Assembly (NCBI RefSeq): GCF_001194135.2
Contig: NC_068982.1
Span: forward strand, 90,140,819-90,204,818
Source of the DNA: Octopus bimaculoides
Lineage: Eukaryota
DNA length: 64,000 bases
Direction: 5' to 3'
Below are positions 1 to 12,948 of this stretch, one piece after another. Within the stretch, counting starts at the first letter, position 1. Every line of letters begins with the position of its first letter. The position numbers and the translations under genes are program-made. The notes beneath the pieces were generated by a model. It saw nothing but the letters and a program-made list of their open reading frames with translations. It ran no database searches and was not told the DNA's origin.

Positions 1-685
1 CTATGGCGGAATTATGGAGGAGGGGCTGATGTGTAATTATTAGAGTATATACATGTTTAGATATAGGACATGTGTGTTTGTGTGAGTGAGTGAGTGTGTG
101 TGTGTGTGAGTGAGTGGGGGGGGGCTTAGAAAAATATTGGGAAGAATGGTGACGTAGATTAGTTGTTGGCTGTGTGTGAAGAGGTGGAAGAGCGAGTGAA
201 TTCGATGTAAAATGGAAGGCAAGTGGAATATGGAGAGTAAAATAGAATTGTGTTCAAATGTATGAGCGTGAGACAGTGTTCCACGGAGGAAAAGTATGAA
301 GAAACAAGCAAAAGTGAAAGAAAAAGTATTGGGAGTTCAAGAAGCACAGTGCGAGAAAATAAATTACGATACAAAACACTGATAAAACACGTACGCCCAC
401 ACACATGACACACACGCGCGTATATATGCAGCGCAACAACAGATTAATCGATTCTTTGGGTGTAAAAATTCAGCCTTAACTTTGAAATATTCCTCTATTA
501 TTTTAAGCCAAACGACTCAATTTTATGTAAAACAAACTCGTACATGGCGACATAACCAACCATATTCCCTAAAAATAAATCCATCAATTTGAGGAAATGA
601 ATCTCGGTAATCATTAATTTGGAAGCATCTTTCAACTTAGTAGTCAAGACATACATACAAACACACATATATATACTCATATACA

Positions 686-1352
686 TACGAGTTTCTGCTG
701 AACCGTTGATACGCTGACGAAGATATTCTCATACAGCGTGACTAAATGAGGCTTATTTCTCAACATATTCCCCCTTGCAGTTCACGTACTTCCTCCATCC
801 ATGTTGCAGTGCTTGGAGTCCATTCGTGAAGAAGCTCTCTTCCTGTTAGTCAGAAATATCATCAACAACACTGCCGATGCGGCACTTTTCAAGGTAGTCA
901 GTGAAAAAAAGTATTTTGCACCCCAATAGGTAAAACGATATTAGCCTTCTTTGGAGCAGGTGAGGAGTGGTGTTTCTACTGCATGGATTGTCTCTTTGTC
1001 TCTGGCTCAAAGTGAAGAACTCAACACCCATCCTGGCTAAAGAAACCAGTTGGATCTGCCTGAAACAATATCGGATTTTCCCGTAGTATTTTCGGCCTGA
1101 TGTGCTTTTGATCAGATATCAGAGCACGTGACACACACCGAGCAGAAACTTTCGTCATACCAAGTTCATTGTACAGAATATTCTCAACTCTCTCAAGGGG
1201 TACGTTAATAACATTAGCTATTTGATTTAGAGTTAATGGCTTATCATCCATCAGCGTGGGGTGAACAAGATCAGTGTTTTCCTCGGTGGTAGAACTCTAA
1301 GACGTCCAAACCTTGGATCATCTTCAAGACCCTCACTTCCTTCCTAACTAGT
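686..1352 (-). mobile_element. Mariner (Tc1/mariner) DNA transposon remnant, 5'-truncated and internally deleted
   Basis: ORF 1021-1251 reads ...ELGMTKVSARCVSR..DQK (degenerate WVPR linker). TA at 686-687 is followed by a TIR (cgagtttctgctgaaccgttgatacgctgac) resembling the TIR at 57911-57940. The peptide jumps from TDYLEK to a degenerate AAVDDF-like segment, so the YSPDLAP region is missing. Confidence 0.9.
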
Positions 1353-1580
1353 ATTAATACAAACGGCAATAACAAACTCTCGTTGTAATTACACAAATTT
1401 GAATTTTGAAACACATAAAACCATCAACTAATATCTATTTCCTTTTTTGAAATAGCCCTGTGTTCCATGTCACTCAATGGAGACCCCTAGAGCACTAACT
1501 TACATGCAATCAAATACTCGCTGAAGTCCCTGTACGTTGGAAGGTCTCTCAGTCGTAAAACACGAAACTAAATCATCGAA

Positions 1581-1794
1581 TAAATAATCTTTTCTACTAA
1601 AAACACGAGGCCTAAAATTTGTAGAGAGGAGACTAGTCGATAGATCGATCCAGTGTTTCACTGGTATTTAATTTATCGACACCAAAAAGATTAAAAGTAA
1701 AGCCGAGAGCGGCGGAATTTGAACATAGAGGCAGACGAAATACCGCGAAGCATTTCGCCCGGCATGTTAACGATTCTACCAGTTCGTCGCCTTA
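1581..1794 (-). mobile_element. tRNA-derived SINE, family A
   Basis: Reverse complement matches the repeated unit aaggcggcgagctggcagaatcgttag...gagttcaaattccgccgaggtcgac...gataaa..gtaccag..ggggtcgat, with A/B-box-like motifs. More than 10 copies in the window. Confidence 0.85.
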
Positions 1795-3073
1795 AACCAG
1801 TCAAAAAATAATAGAATTAATGTCTTCATGTCATTACATGCAAAAGTTAAATACTATAACAGTATTCCAATAGTGGTAACATTAGACCCCAACTGAACAC
1901 AACATGATTTTCCCTTTCTTTTATTTCATCTTTCTTGAAATAAATCATGACTCGGCGACTAACCGTAACAGGATTACCCCCTTACACAAAAGTCTTTCAG
2001 AACGACTTTCCTTCCTGCCTTATTTTAATAAATCCATCACTGAAATCAAAGATACCCAAACGCACATGCACAAAGCAAACACACAACCACGTACTCATAT
2101 GCATATATACGTCGCAGTAGATATATAGATGCATATACGCATACACATGCATACACATACGTTCCAATGAGTACAAACGCAACACGTACACGTGTCCCAG
2201 TAAGTACAGGAACATACGCATACTTCAAATCCTGCAAAGGTGCACACAGACACAAAAGTTCATATTTATTGAGAATGCACAAGCAGGCTTCCCCAGAACC
2301 CAGCAGCGAATGAAAACGACCAGTAAACAATTCAAACACAACACCACAGCAACACAACGGCCTACCTCCGTTCCTGTCTAAAGAAATAACATATCTAGCT
2401 GAAAGAGTGGATGTTATCTCACATTACCTGAATAAATTATATATCGACACAACCAGTAATTATGATATAAAATAGGACATTCAACTTATAAATAATACAT
2501 AATACACTAGAAAGTTTATATAACTTATTACATTTCTTGCTGTGAAAACCTATGTTGTGTATTTCTCCAATTTAAAAATATATATTAAAAAAAAGCAATT
2601 TACTGTTAACAATTGTAAAACACTTCATTTTGCCAGTGACTTTAAATTTCGTCTTGAAGTGGTCATGCGAAACTTAAAGTCCCATCCAAATGACATTTTT
2701 ATATAATAAATTTGAATATACTTTCATCTGTAAATGTTCTCCTATACCTAAATATGTTTTGTAGTAACTTAATAATCCATGACCAATGGTTACTACCTCA
2801 TTTTACTAATTAAAAAATCGAGAAATGTATGTACCGAAGTAAATTAGTGTTTTTGTACGAAAAAGAAGATAAGCGTGTAAAATTTCGATGGAAAATATCT
2901 CAGATTTACAAGTAGTATTTCGATTCGAACAGATTAGTTAACGTAAAAAGATACATTCTCAAAGCTAAAAAAACATCAGAAACTGAATTAGAACATTTGA
3001 AGAAAGAAGACAACAAAAACGCTAGCAAGGATCGCAAGACAAGGAGATTGTAAGAAAATAAAGAAATCAAATG

Positions 3074-3497
3074 TCGTAGGTATGGTTGAGAGTTTCAGGA
3101 TCTAACTTTGCATTCACGTTGTTTTGGGTTCAGTCCTACTACATGGTACCTTGGGCAAATGTCTTCTTACACAAGAAGCTCCGCGCCAATTACTACTGTG
3201 TTAACGAATTTCGAAGATGGAACCTCTGTGGAAGCCCGTCAAATACATATATATATACGTATATGTCTGTATGTGTTTGTGTTCGTTGCTCCCGCTTGAC
3301 AACCGGTATTAGTTTGTTACGACCCCTTGAATTGGTGGTTCGGCAGATCAACCTGATATAATATGTGTTATACTTTCAAAAAATAAGTAATGGAATCGAT
3401 TTGTTCGACTGAGTTCATTCAGATGATGCCCCTAGTATAGCCGCAGTTTAATGACAAGTGAGTTGAAAAAAAAAATGATCAGAATAACAGAATAAAT
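3074..3497 (+). mobile_element. tRNA-derived SINE, family B, near full length
   Basis: gggttcagtcc B-box-like head, ccttgggcaaatgtctt central block, internal (TA)/(TG) tract, cgcttgacaaccg...cggca..., A-rich tail. Other copies at 6056-7312, 7670-7872 and several 5' halves. Confidence 0.8.
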
Positions 3498-4059
3498 TGA
3501 AATTATAAAATGTTAAACAAAAGTAAATAATAAACACGAGAGTATGAAACCCTAGAATACCAACAGAAGATTATCATCAAAAACCCGAAATGTACAACAT
3601 ACACAACAATGTAAATATGGATAATAAATGAGTTTGAGAAATATTTAAGAATAAGAAATTATATAGCTGAAAATAATGGAAGATGCAACTAAGAACATTT
3701 GACAATGAACAAGACAGAAGACAAGAGGTACAAACGAAGGAATAGCTGTGCAAGAATAGTATAGATTCGTATGTTTAAATGCAAAAAGATAAGAATTAAT
3801 AATCTCTCAGCAATATTATTATATTGTTATAAACTTGACAATAAATATAATAGCGAGGAAAACAAGAAGAATAATCACTATATTTTGAGTACGACGCACA
3901 AAATATAACATAAGGATTATATTTACCCTCAGACAGGGAAGTGGGGGCTTTATGCATGAAAAGCAAAAATTATAACGAGAAAAGTAAGTAATGAACAATA
4001 AAGCTAGAACAAATCAAAAATAGTGTAATTTTCTGTCGTCAAAGAAGCTTACAAATGCA

Positions 4060-4600
4060 AAACAGAAGCTGATATGGCAAATTTCAGTAATGGAAAACAA
4101 GAAACATGACAGAAATATGGTAACACTTTAAACTAAGCTAAAAATTGGATTACAGAATACCACAAAAAAGCTTTGATATGAAAACAAACATGGTAAATAA
4201 TTTAAAAAAACCTGAATCAAGATGGTAATAGACAGTGAAAAATCGTAACATTAAACGAGACAAAGAGAATACTTGATAAAACAGCTTCAAGCCGTCCCCT
4301 AACGACCACTGCATTCATGTAATGAAGCAGAAGGTCATAAGTGGCTGCATGATACGTAAAGATTAAGAAAAACAATTAACCAAATATTCTCTATTAGCAA
4401 AGACTTATCCAAAGATATATCTACCGGAGATGACAGCACTATGAAATACCAATACAGTAATGCACTACAACGCAAAATAATCATATATTTGGATATGTAA
4501 GTCGACAACGACGTAGAGATCAAGGATAATCGATCGGAGATTATCCAACAGTGTATGGAAATAGACACAACCATAGAGAAGAGCCGAAAATAACGATATT
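4060..4600 (+). pseudogene. Heavily decayed RTE-like LINE RT/C-terminal remnant
   Basis: Interrupted frames give KIGLQNTTKK (cf. GLKINKKKT) and QRKIIIYFGYVSR (cf. RKL.YFGHV.R), followed by IIQ; many stops and frameshifts. Confidence 0.35.
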
Positions 4601-5666
4601 TATTATATTAGGTGCCATGTAAGTGGTTAAAGTAAAGTATGTACTTTGTAACGTCAACCTTCGAGGAAGGGTAGGCAAAGTTTATACCGGTGGAATTTGA
4701 ACTCAGAACATAAGCAGTTGGAACAAATATTATAAAGTATATTCCAATGCTCTAATCATTCTCTAACATTAGTTGCCAAGCGGTGATCGCGCGCGCACAC
4801 ACGCACATACACACACACGCACACTCAAAATCTTTGCAAAATCAGTTTATACACATGCGCTTGATGTGATTGAAGGTATGTTATGTTTAAGGAAGAAGCA
4901 GCCAATTTCGTTACATCCAGGAAAGTTAAAACCCATGCTAAGTCACTGCAATTACCATTCAGCAACACCATTCAATACACAATGTAAATAACACATACCT
5001 ATCAGAAGGCAACATTAAAACATTACACAGCTCATACAGGATATACAATCGTTCACTACCAAAGAAAATAACACAAATTATATAGCTCATATGCTATACA
5101 AAAGACTAAAGAAGGACTGGGGTGGGGATATAACCTACAACGAAGCGAGAAATTTCATTACTGCACACCTTGGGAATAGAGTTGTATTTAGTAAGACAGT
5201 AGCAATCGGTAGGAAACAGTTGAAAACAGTTGAAAAAGTACCAGATGATCTCAGAGACATAAGGAACTTTTATCGATGTTATAATCGGAGTGACAGCATG
5301 TGGCTTTAAAATGTTCCAGGAGAAAGCCAACATAAAACAACGTAATTAATTGAACAGTCGAAAATAGAGTAAATATACTGAAAACAATATGAATTCGGAC
5401 TGGTAGTTATTTTATCCAACACCTACCATTTCCCTCAGTTTGGAAAATCATATTAATACTTCTTGCTTAGAAATATCAAACTTTCATTTTTAAATCTTGC
5501 CAGACCAGCTCGTCTCGTTTGCAGCGTGCAGGGTTATTTAGTTAACAATTCAACAAAATTTTGAATACGAACTAATAAAACGAAACATTTTAAAGAAAAC
5601 TTACGAACCATGAATAAAGAAAACCTTTGAGCACCCACTCCTTGCAAACACAAATAACAGCAGGAA

Positions 5667-5810
5667 AACAACAACAACCACAAGAACAACAACCACAACA
5701 ACCACAACAACAACAACAACAACCACAACAACAACAACAACAACCACAACAACAACAACAACAATAATAATAATAATGATAATAATAATAATGATGATGA
5801 TAATAATAAT
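5667..5810. repeat. Compound (CAA/CAC)n-(TAA/TGA)n microsatellite
   Basis: Directly visible; explains the poly-L, poly-V and poly-I ORFs at 5534-5909. Confidence 0.95.
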
Positions 5811-6055
5811 ATGCTGAAATAAATAAGTGTAGACGGAAATGATGAAAGACAAAGTGGAAGTCAAGAAAACTATGAGGAAAACAATGATAACAATGCCAAT
5901 AAAGTGCATTTAATAAGCATAATTGCTATTATAAATCTGATTGTATATGTTCTAAGTTCATAAATTGAGCCAAGTTTTCCATCGCTACCACTTGAATGAT
6001 ATATGCAAATAATAGTGACATCATATCAAATACAGAGATGTATACACGTATACAA

Positions 6056-6306
6056 ATTCTTTTATTCTTTTATTCTATTACTTACTTCAGTAATTTGACT
6101 GCGGCCAAGCTGGAACATTACATTAGGGGTATTAGTCGAAGAAATCAACCTCAGGACTTATTGTTTGTAAGCTTTGAATTTATTTTATTGATCTAGTTTT
6201 GCCGAACCGATAGGTTACGGGAACATAAGCACACCAGCATCGATTCTCAAGCGATGGCAGAGGGATAAATACAGACTCACACACACAAATATATATATAT
6301 ATATAT

Positions 6307-6337
<31 letters not shown>

Positions 6338-7312
6338 NNNNNNNNNNNNNNNNNNNNNNNNNNNNNNNNNNNNNNNNNNNNNNNNNNNNNNNNNNNNNNN
6401 NNNNNNNNNNNNNNNNNNNNNNNNNNNNNNNNNNNNNNNNNNNNNNNNNNNNNNNNNNNNNNNNNNNNNNNNNNNNNNNNNNNNNNNNNNNNNNNNNNNN
6501 NNNNNNNNNNNNNNNNNNNNNNNNNNNNNNNNNNNNNNNNNNNNNNNNNNNNNNNNNNNNNNNNNNNNNNNNNNNNNNNNNNNNNNNNNNNNNNNNNNNN
6601 NNNNNNNNNNNNNNNNNNNNNNNNNNNNNNNNNNNNNNNNNNNNNNNNNNNNNNNNNNNNNNNNNNNNNNNNNNNNNNNNNNNNNNNNNNNNNNNNNNNN
6701 NNNNNNNNNNNNNNNNNNNNNNNNNNNNNNNNNNNNNNNNNNNNNNNNNNNNNNNNNNNNNNNNNNNNNNNNNNNNNNNNNNNNNNNNNNNNNNNNNNNN
6801 NNNNNNNNNNNNNNNNNNNNNNNNNNNNNNNNNNNNNNNNNNNNNNNNNNNNNNNNNNNNNNNNNNNNNNNNNNNNNNNNNNNNNNNNNNNNNNNNNNNN
6901 NNNNNNNNNNNNNNNNNNNNNNNNNNNNNNNNNNNNNNNNNNNNNNNNNNNNNNNNNNNNNNNNNNNNNNNNNNNNNNNNNNNNNNNNNNNNNNNNNNNN
7001 NNNNNNNNNNNNNNNNNNNNNNNNNNNNNNNNNNNNNNNNNNNNNNNNNNNNNNNNNNNNNNNNNNNNNNNNNNNNNNNNNNNNNNNNNNNNNNNNNNNN
7101 NNNNNNNNNNNNNNNNNNNNNNNNNNNNNNNNNNNNNNNNNNNNNNNNNNNNCAGACACACAAACATATATACACACAAGCATATATGCACACAAACATA
7201 TATATATACATATATACGATGGGCTTCTTTCAGTTTCCGTCTACGAAATCCACTCACAAAGCTTTGGTCGGTCCGAGGATATAGTAGAAGACACTTGCCC
7301 AAGGTGCCACGT
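6056..7312 (-). mobile_element. SINE family B copy interrupted by an assembly gap
   Basis: 3' half at 6056-6270 (ttgactgcggcc, ttttgccgaaccg, caagcgatgg) and 5' half at 7215-7312 (gggcttctttcagtttccgtctac, gacacttgcccaagg) flank (TA)n plus Ns. Confidence 0.85.
6338..7152. other. Assembly gap; other gaps at 9878-9887, 13240-13821, 14559-15341, 20153-20254, 23522-23698, 27160-27264, 39880-40545, 49849-50016, 56156-56318, 57179-57188
   Basis: N runs, nearly all abutting (TA)n, (GA)n or (CT)n tracts; all poly-X ORFs in the track are artefacts of these. Confidence 0.99.
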
Positions 7313-7669
7313 GTACAAATAGCATGAAACAAATAAATAAATAGTTACCAGGGTACCAAAAATGCACTTAAGTACCAAGGATGTTACAGCCTACTTATAA
7401 AGGTAGACATTCCAGGCACTTCTGTGAATTTTTGCTACCCTGGTAACTATATGTTTTTCCGTATCATTTGTACACATTGACAAAATACACATCAAATTTA
7501 TATACACTTCAACGAGGTTTCCATATAACCTGCAAATAAAATGGTTACCACATATGGAGTTATTTGGCATTTAACTCCATTTCTTAATTTATGTATGCAT
7601 ACATGCATGTGTGTGTGTGTGCTCACGCGCGCGAGCACATGTATGAATGTCTTTCTGTTTGTTTCACAC

Positions 7670-7872
7670 CACTGCTTGACAACCGGTGAAAGCGTGCTTG
7701 CGTCCCTGTAACTTAGCAGTTCGGCAAATAAGACCGATATAGTAAGTACTTGCCAATAAATACCAGGCTTAAAAAATAAGTGCTGGGGTCGATTCGTTCG
7801 ACTAAACTTCTTTAAGTGGGTGCCCCAGCATCGCAGCAATCTAATGACTAAAACAAATAAAAGATAAAAGAT
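7670..7872 (+). mobile_element. SINE family B, 3' half
   Basis: gcttgacaaccgg...cctgtaacttagcagttcggcaaa...ggggtcgattcgttcgac...ccccagcat, then an (AAAGAT) tail. Confidence 0.8.
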
Positions 7873-8509
7873 AAAGGTCTAATACATTCATCCACATGCA
7901 CATAAACACACACGCACACACAGACATATAGGCACACCCACTAACAGACACACACACACACACACACACACATGCACGCACGCACACACACACATACAAG
8001 AAGAATGAAGTCGCTAGCATTAAATTTACTGTGCGTTTTATAATATCGTTTCAGCAATGCCTGGATGACAAATATATATATAAATATATATATACCTCAC
8101 AATCATGTGATAGTGATCTCATACACAACTAGACTCAACAACACTATCTTAGCATGTTCTTATCTTTCATAAGGATATTATGTATATCCGAATATGTTAT
8201 GTGACACTCACTCCATCTAGTCTTTTGTAACAATATATAATATTTTTCTGATGTATTTTTTTATGTATTCTTTAAATTGCACAGAGGAGAACAGTGATAT
8301 GTGATTAATTTAATTATAATTAAATTAATTTCTATTTTTTTACCATGTTATTTACATGTTAGTATTACTGTTTGAAACGATCGTATGTATGGATTAAATA
8401 CTTTTTAAATTTTTAACACCTTCTATTCTCCACCTGTAATTGACTGTTGAGTTTTCTATAGGATATTTGTTATATAAATACTCATAACACACCTGATATA
8501 TATATATAT

Positions 8510-8715
8510 TACGGAGATGTACTTGCATAGCAAAAGACCTCATCTGAGATCGTGTGCTGGAACGAAAACAATTGCAGCGTGGAAGGTGTTTATAAGTCAT
8601 TAAAGAAACACACAAAAACCGTTAGATTCACTTCAACGTTTAAATTTAATTTGTGTCAAAATATTTTCGTCGGTTTCAGACCGCGACCTGTTCACTGACA
8701 AAATTCTATGCTGCA
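8510..8715 (-). mobile_element. Probable Penelope-like element pseudo-LTR containing a hammerhead motif
   Basis: Non-microsatellite segment of about 200 bp next to (TA)n; carries a minimal hammerhead fold (8654-8700) followed by ATTAAA on the minus strand. PLE assignment is inferred from the ribozyme type. Confidence 0.55.
8654..8700 (-). ncRNA. Minimal type-I hammerhead ribozyme motif, G3-C8 core variant
   Basis: Minus strand: UGUCA | GUGAACA | G | GUCG cggucugaaac CGAC | GAA | AA ua UU | U | UGACA. Stem I 5/5 bp, stem II 4 bp, palindromic stem III AAUAUU. Confidence 0.75.
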
Positions 8716-9223
8716 TCTGAGAAAGTAATAGTTAGTTTATGATATATATGTACGTATGTATGTATGTATGTATGTATGTATGTATGTATGCATGTATGTA
8801 TGTGTGTGTACATGTGTGTGCGTATGCATGTGTGCATGCCTATACGCATGTTTGTATGTATGTATGTATATATGCATGTATGTAAGTATGCACGTATCTA
8901 CTTATGGATGTACGTGAGTAATAAGGTAAGCGTATAGACGTGTTTGTGTGTGTGTGTACATGTGTATGTACATGTGAACGTATCGTTATATGTGTGTCAG
9001 TTCAAGTTGTATACATGACTGTTATTTTGTTGAATGTTGTATACACACACACGCACATATACATATGCATATCCATTGATAGGTTGCAAAATCAACGAAA
9101 ATTCCTGGAAACAAATATAAATAGTAAATAAGTGGAAACTGAACAGGTGAGTGTGTTAGATATTAAGGCATTAAGGCAGTACGACTCTCCCCAGACACAA
9201 TATAACAACGTTGTTAGGTACTT

Positions 9224-9440
9224 TAAGGTGATGAGCTGGTAGACTCGTTAGTACTCTGGTCAAAATGCTTTGCGGTATTTCGTCTGTCTTTACATTCTTG
9301 AGTTGAAATTCCGCCGAGGTCGATGTTGCCTTTTATCCTTTCGGGCTCGATAAAATAAACACTAGCTGAGGTCTGGGGTCAATGTTATCGACTTACCTTC
9401 TCCCCTGAAATCACTGGCCTTGTGCCATAATTTGATATCT
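9224..9440 (+). mobile_element. SINE family A
   Basis: taaggtgatgagctggtagactcgttag...gaaattccgccgaggtcgat...ggccttgtgcc; aligns by eye with the other copies. Confidence 0.85.
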
Positions 9441-9834
9441 ATACTGCAATATTGGTAGGTACTTTGAGCTGTTATCGTAACAGAATGTATTACGTTCTTT
9501 CACTTATAGAACTAAGTGAAACCAATACTGACGCGGTTCTGACAGCCGTCTTTCACGGAACTGGGTGGAATATGATTAAGCTTTATGATTTTGTCATGTG
9601 TGAATTAGTTTCTGATTATATTCCTATTAATTTTGATATAAAAATTCCGCCCTGTAATGAAACATTGTAAAGAAACCTAATATATTTTAGTTATTGATGT
9701 TCATTTGGTACGTGTCAGTTCTCTGCAAAGTATTAATAGATGTTGGTTTACTGGATTTCCCTTTCACAGTTACTTATAAAATTCATCTTTAAAGACATAT
9801 TCGAGAATCATGTTCTTAAACTCAGGCACGCGTA

Positions 9835-9993
9835 CAGAGAGAGAGGGGGGGGAGAGAGAGAGGGAGAGACAGAGAGANNNNNNNNNNCAGAGAGAGAGGG
9901 GGGGGAGAGAGAGAGGGAGAGACAGAGAGAGGGGGAAACAGAGAGAGGGGAAGACAGAGAGAGGGGGAGACAGAGAGAGAGGGAGAGAGAGGG

Positions 9994-10032
<39 letters not shown>

Positions 10033-10085
10033 TGACTGACAGAGATAGGGGGAAAGTGAGAGTGAGGGATTGCGAGAGAGATAGA
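9835..10085. repeat. (GA)n/(GACA)n compound microsatellite
   Basis: Directly visible; source of the poly-RE and poly-SL ORFs. Confidence 0.95.
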
Positions 10086-10609
10086 GAGAATTGCAGTGTT
10101 GCACGAATTCCATTTTGTTTGGTATTGTATCAATATGTAATCTTAAACTAACTCTGCTTTGTCATAGCTTGTACTAAGTTGGTAGACATATACGTTTGTT
10201 ATAAACCACAAAATACCAATTAAGATCTAGTTAGTAACAATCGTAATGTAAGATAAACTTGTGTACCATGAGATGAGATTGCTTCTGATTGGTCCTGTTA
10301 GTCGGCACTACGAGTCAACTACTCTTCAGGATTTCCTATGAGTACAAGCACTCATCACGGGCATTCATTAAGTTTCATTCTTCACCATGATGTTCGATAT
10401 CATATAAGATAAGTAATGAAATCCAATTTCGAAAGAAACGGGATAAGGATACTATTTCGTTTTTTGGCAGGATGGGCCGTTGGGATGTTAATCAAAGGGA
10501 TGAAAAAAATCATAAAAGCTCTTGATAGAGATATGAACATTATATAGATTCAATTCTCCTGTAACTGAAGATACATCTGGTGTGTATGTTTGTGTGTTTG
10601 TGTGTTTGT

Positions 10610-10650
<41 letters not shown>

Positions 10651-11710
10651 TGTGTGTTTGTGTGCCTGTGTGCGTTTGTGTTGACAAAAGAAATCAATAT
10701 TCACCATTCAGCTTATCAAATGGAATTACATCCACTTACAACACAATAGGTCACATGTTTTGAATCCATAGCGAAGCTATCATGTATATAGTATCTTAAT
10801 TATGTCTCACAGACACCCTCGTGAGACACTAATGCCTAATATACATTGTATCTCTTTTCTCCTCCGTGTATCACGTGCAGTATACAAAATCAAGAGCATT
10901 GGCGATCTGAGATCAATAAAACGCTCAATTCACCTGAATAGAAAATCTAAGCCTAACGATGCCACGAGCTCAATCTAATTTTACAATACTACAAATCTTT
11001 GCAAATAATATTTTCTTTACAACTACTGTATATATCTTTTTGACCGAACTATCTTTTATGCATTACGTTTCATAGTTCGTTGAAGAAGACAGAGCCAATG
11101 GCAGTGGTTAATGCTCTTTCTGTGGTTTTGTTGAGTTTAGCACGATTGATGTTTACTTTAGATTGCTTCAGTAGGAAATATATGGACACGCGTGTAAATA
11201 CAAAGATCGAGAGAAAGCGAGAGTAAGCGAGTGAGTGAGTGAGTGAGTGAGTGAGAGACAGACAGACAAACCGAGAGAGAGGGGGAGACAGATAGACGGA
11301 AAATCAGAGAAAACGGGAGGCAGAGGAAAAACGAGAGAGAGAAGCGAGACTAAATAGAAAGAATGAGAGCGAAAGTAAATGGAAAGAGGAAGATAGTGAA
11401 AGAGAAAAAGTAGTATTGTGTCAGGTGTTTACATCCATAATATAAGAGGGCATGTACTCTTAAGATTGTGAACTGAAAAAATGGCAATTCAGCCAAGTAA
11501 ATGTGAGTGGAGACGACAGATTTAGTGTGGAGTTATGATTATGTTAGCGATAGAAGATATACAATAGCGTTCTGCTGCATACAAGATTCTGATTGAATTA
11601 AGAAACCATTACTTTATTGGTAGGGATTTAAAATGATAAATTAGAAACGGTTAAACATTGTTGTGCTCATACCTTTTTCTAAATTGCTTTGTTAATACGA
11701 TCCAACAAAA

Positions 11711-11918
11711 TAAGGCGGAGAGCTAGCAGAATCGTTAACACTGCTTAGTGCCATTACGTCCATCTTTACGAACCGAGTTCAAATTTCGTCGAGGGTGACT
11801 TTACCTTTCATCCCCTTGGGGTTGATAAATAAGTACCAGTTGAACACCGGTGTTGAAGTAATGAATTTAACCCCACCGCGCCTTGTGTCTGCTGGCCTTG
11901 GGCCAAAATCTGAAACCA
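11711..11918 (+). mobile_element. SINE family A
   Basis: taaggcggagagctagcagaatcgttaac...gagttcaaatttcgtcgagg...gataaataagtaccagtt. Confidence 0.8.
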
Positions 11919-12948
11919 ATATGATCCAACAACATAGTTATCTACAATAATAAGCAAATTTCACTCAGATCACACACTTCATTGTCTTCAATTGAGCAAG
12001 ACAATTATGTAATGTTGTTATTATTGTTTAGCCTCAAATCCAATGAGATCAAGAAATCAATGATCGAAAGCATTACATCTTTGTGACTATGGCCAACTTA
12101 GGTTTTCTATGAAAGCATTACCAAATTACGCCTTCTCCTTCTTTTCAAGATGATGTTGCCTAATTTGAGAGAGATTTTGCAGCTGCTTTTATCTGGAGGT
12201 TCCAACTTTGGGTCGCATTGGATAACGTAGTTCAAGATCATTGGTTCCTATTCTTTTGAACATCCCTCTTCATTTCTGAAGCTGATCATTACTCCTGCAC
12301 CCCTACACCTCTCTTGACTTGTTAAATTTTCAACAAAATAAAGAATACGATTTTATTCTCGATAAAACATATTTTATAATTAAAGAGGGTTTTCAAAATG
12401 TTTTAAAAACATTGATAGATTTATAAAAAAAACACAGCTTCTTCAAAATAGGATTAAACTGTTAAAGAAAAAGACACATTATGATCTTGAGTTTCCCTAA
12501 ACTCTACTCGTCATGTCCTTCTGCCCAGCTCTAAAGGAGGCTATGTTTTGCGGTTAGAAAACGCTGTTCTAACTGCACTATGCCTGAAAAAATACGGAAC
12601 ATTTAACGTGCTTATGTACACTCAATGGGGGTTAATTTGGAGGTTAACAACGACGTCAATGATTTCCTTAGCACAAATTTGAAGGTTTCAGTTTGATAAC
12701 GCGCTACTTACAGACAACTTAATATTATGTGCGGCACCTCACAGGGGAGCCATTAAATCTAATAATAGTATTCATTTGATCAGACATAAAACGTGAGGAA
12801 TTAGTTGTCGGAGTTTATTTCATTCTTTAAGGTAAATATATACATATATATTTATATCTTTTAATTAAACATCTATAGATGTGTAATAGCCTACTGCAGA
12901 AAATAGTCAACTTTTATAGTACAGAGAGAAACAAATCAGCTTTCGTTT

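Noticed and set aside
1400-1465. Possible second Tc1-like TIR (ttttgaaatagccctgt)
   Set aside because: No partner TIR found in the window.
2225-2398. Possible minus-strand micro-exons (12 or 33 nt at 2366-2398; short one near 2232)
   Set aside because: Splice-like signals are frequent by chance in AT-rich DNA; the peptide RYVISLDRNG is not recognisable and nothing else supports it.
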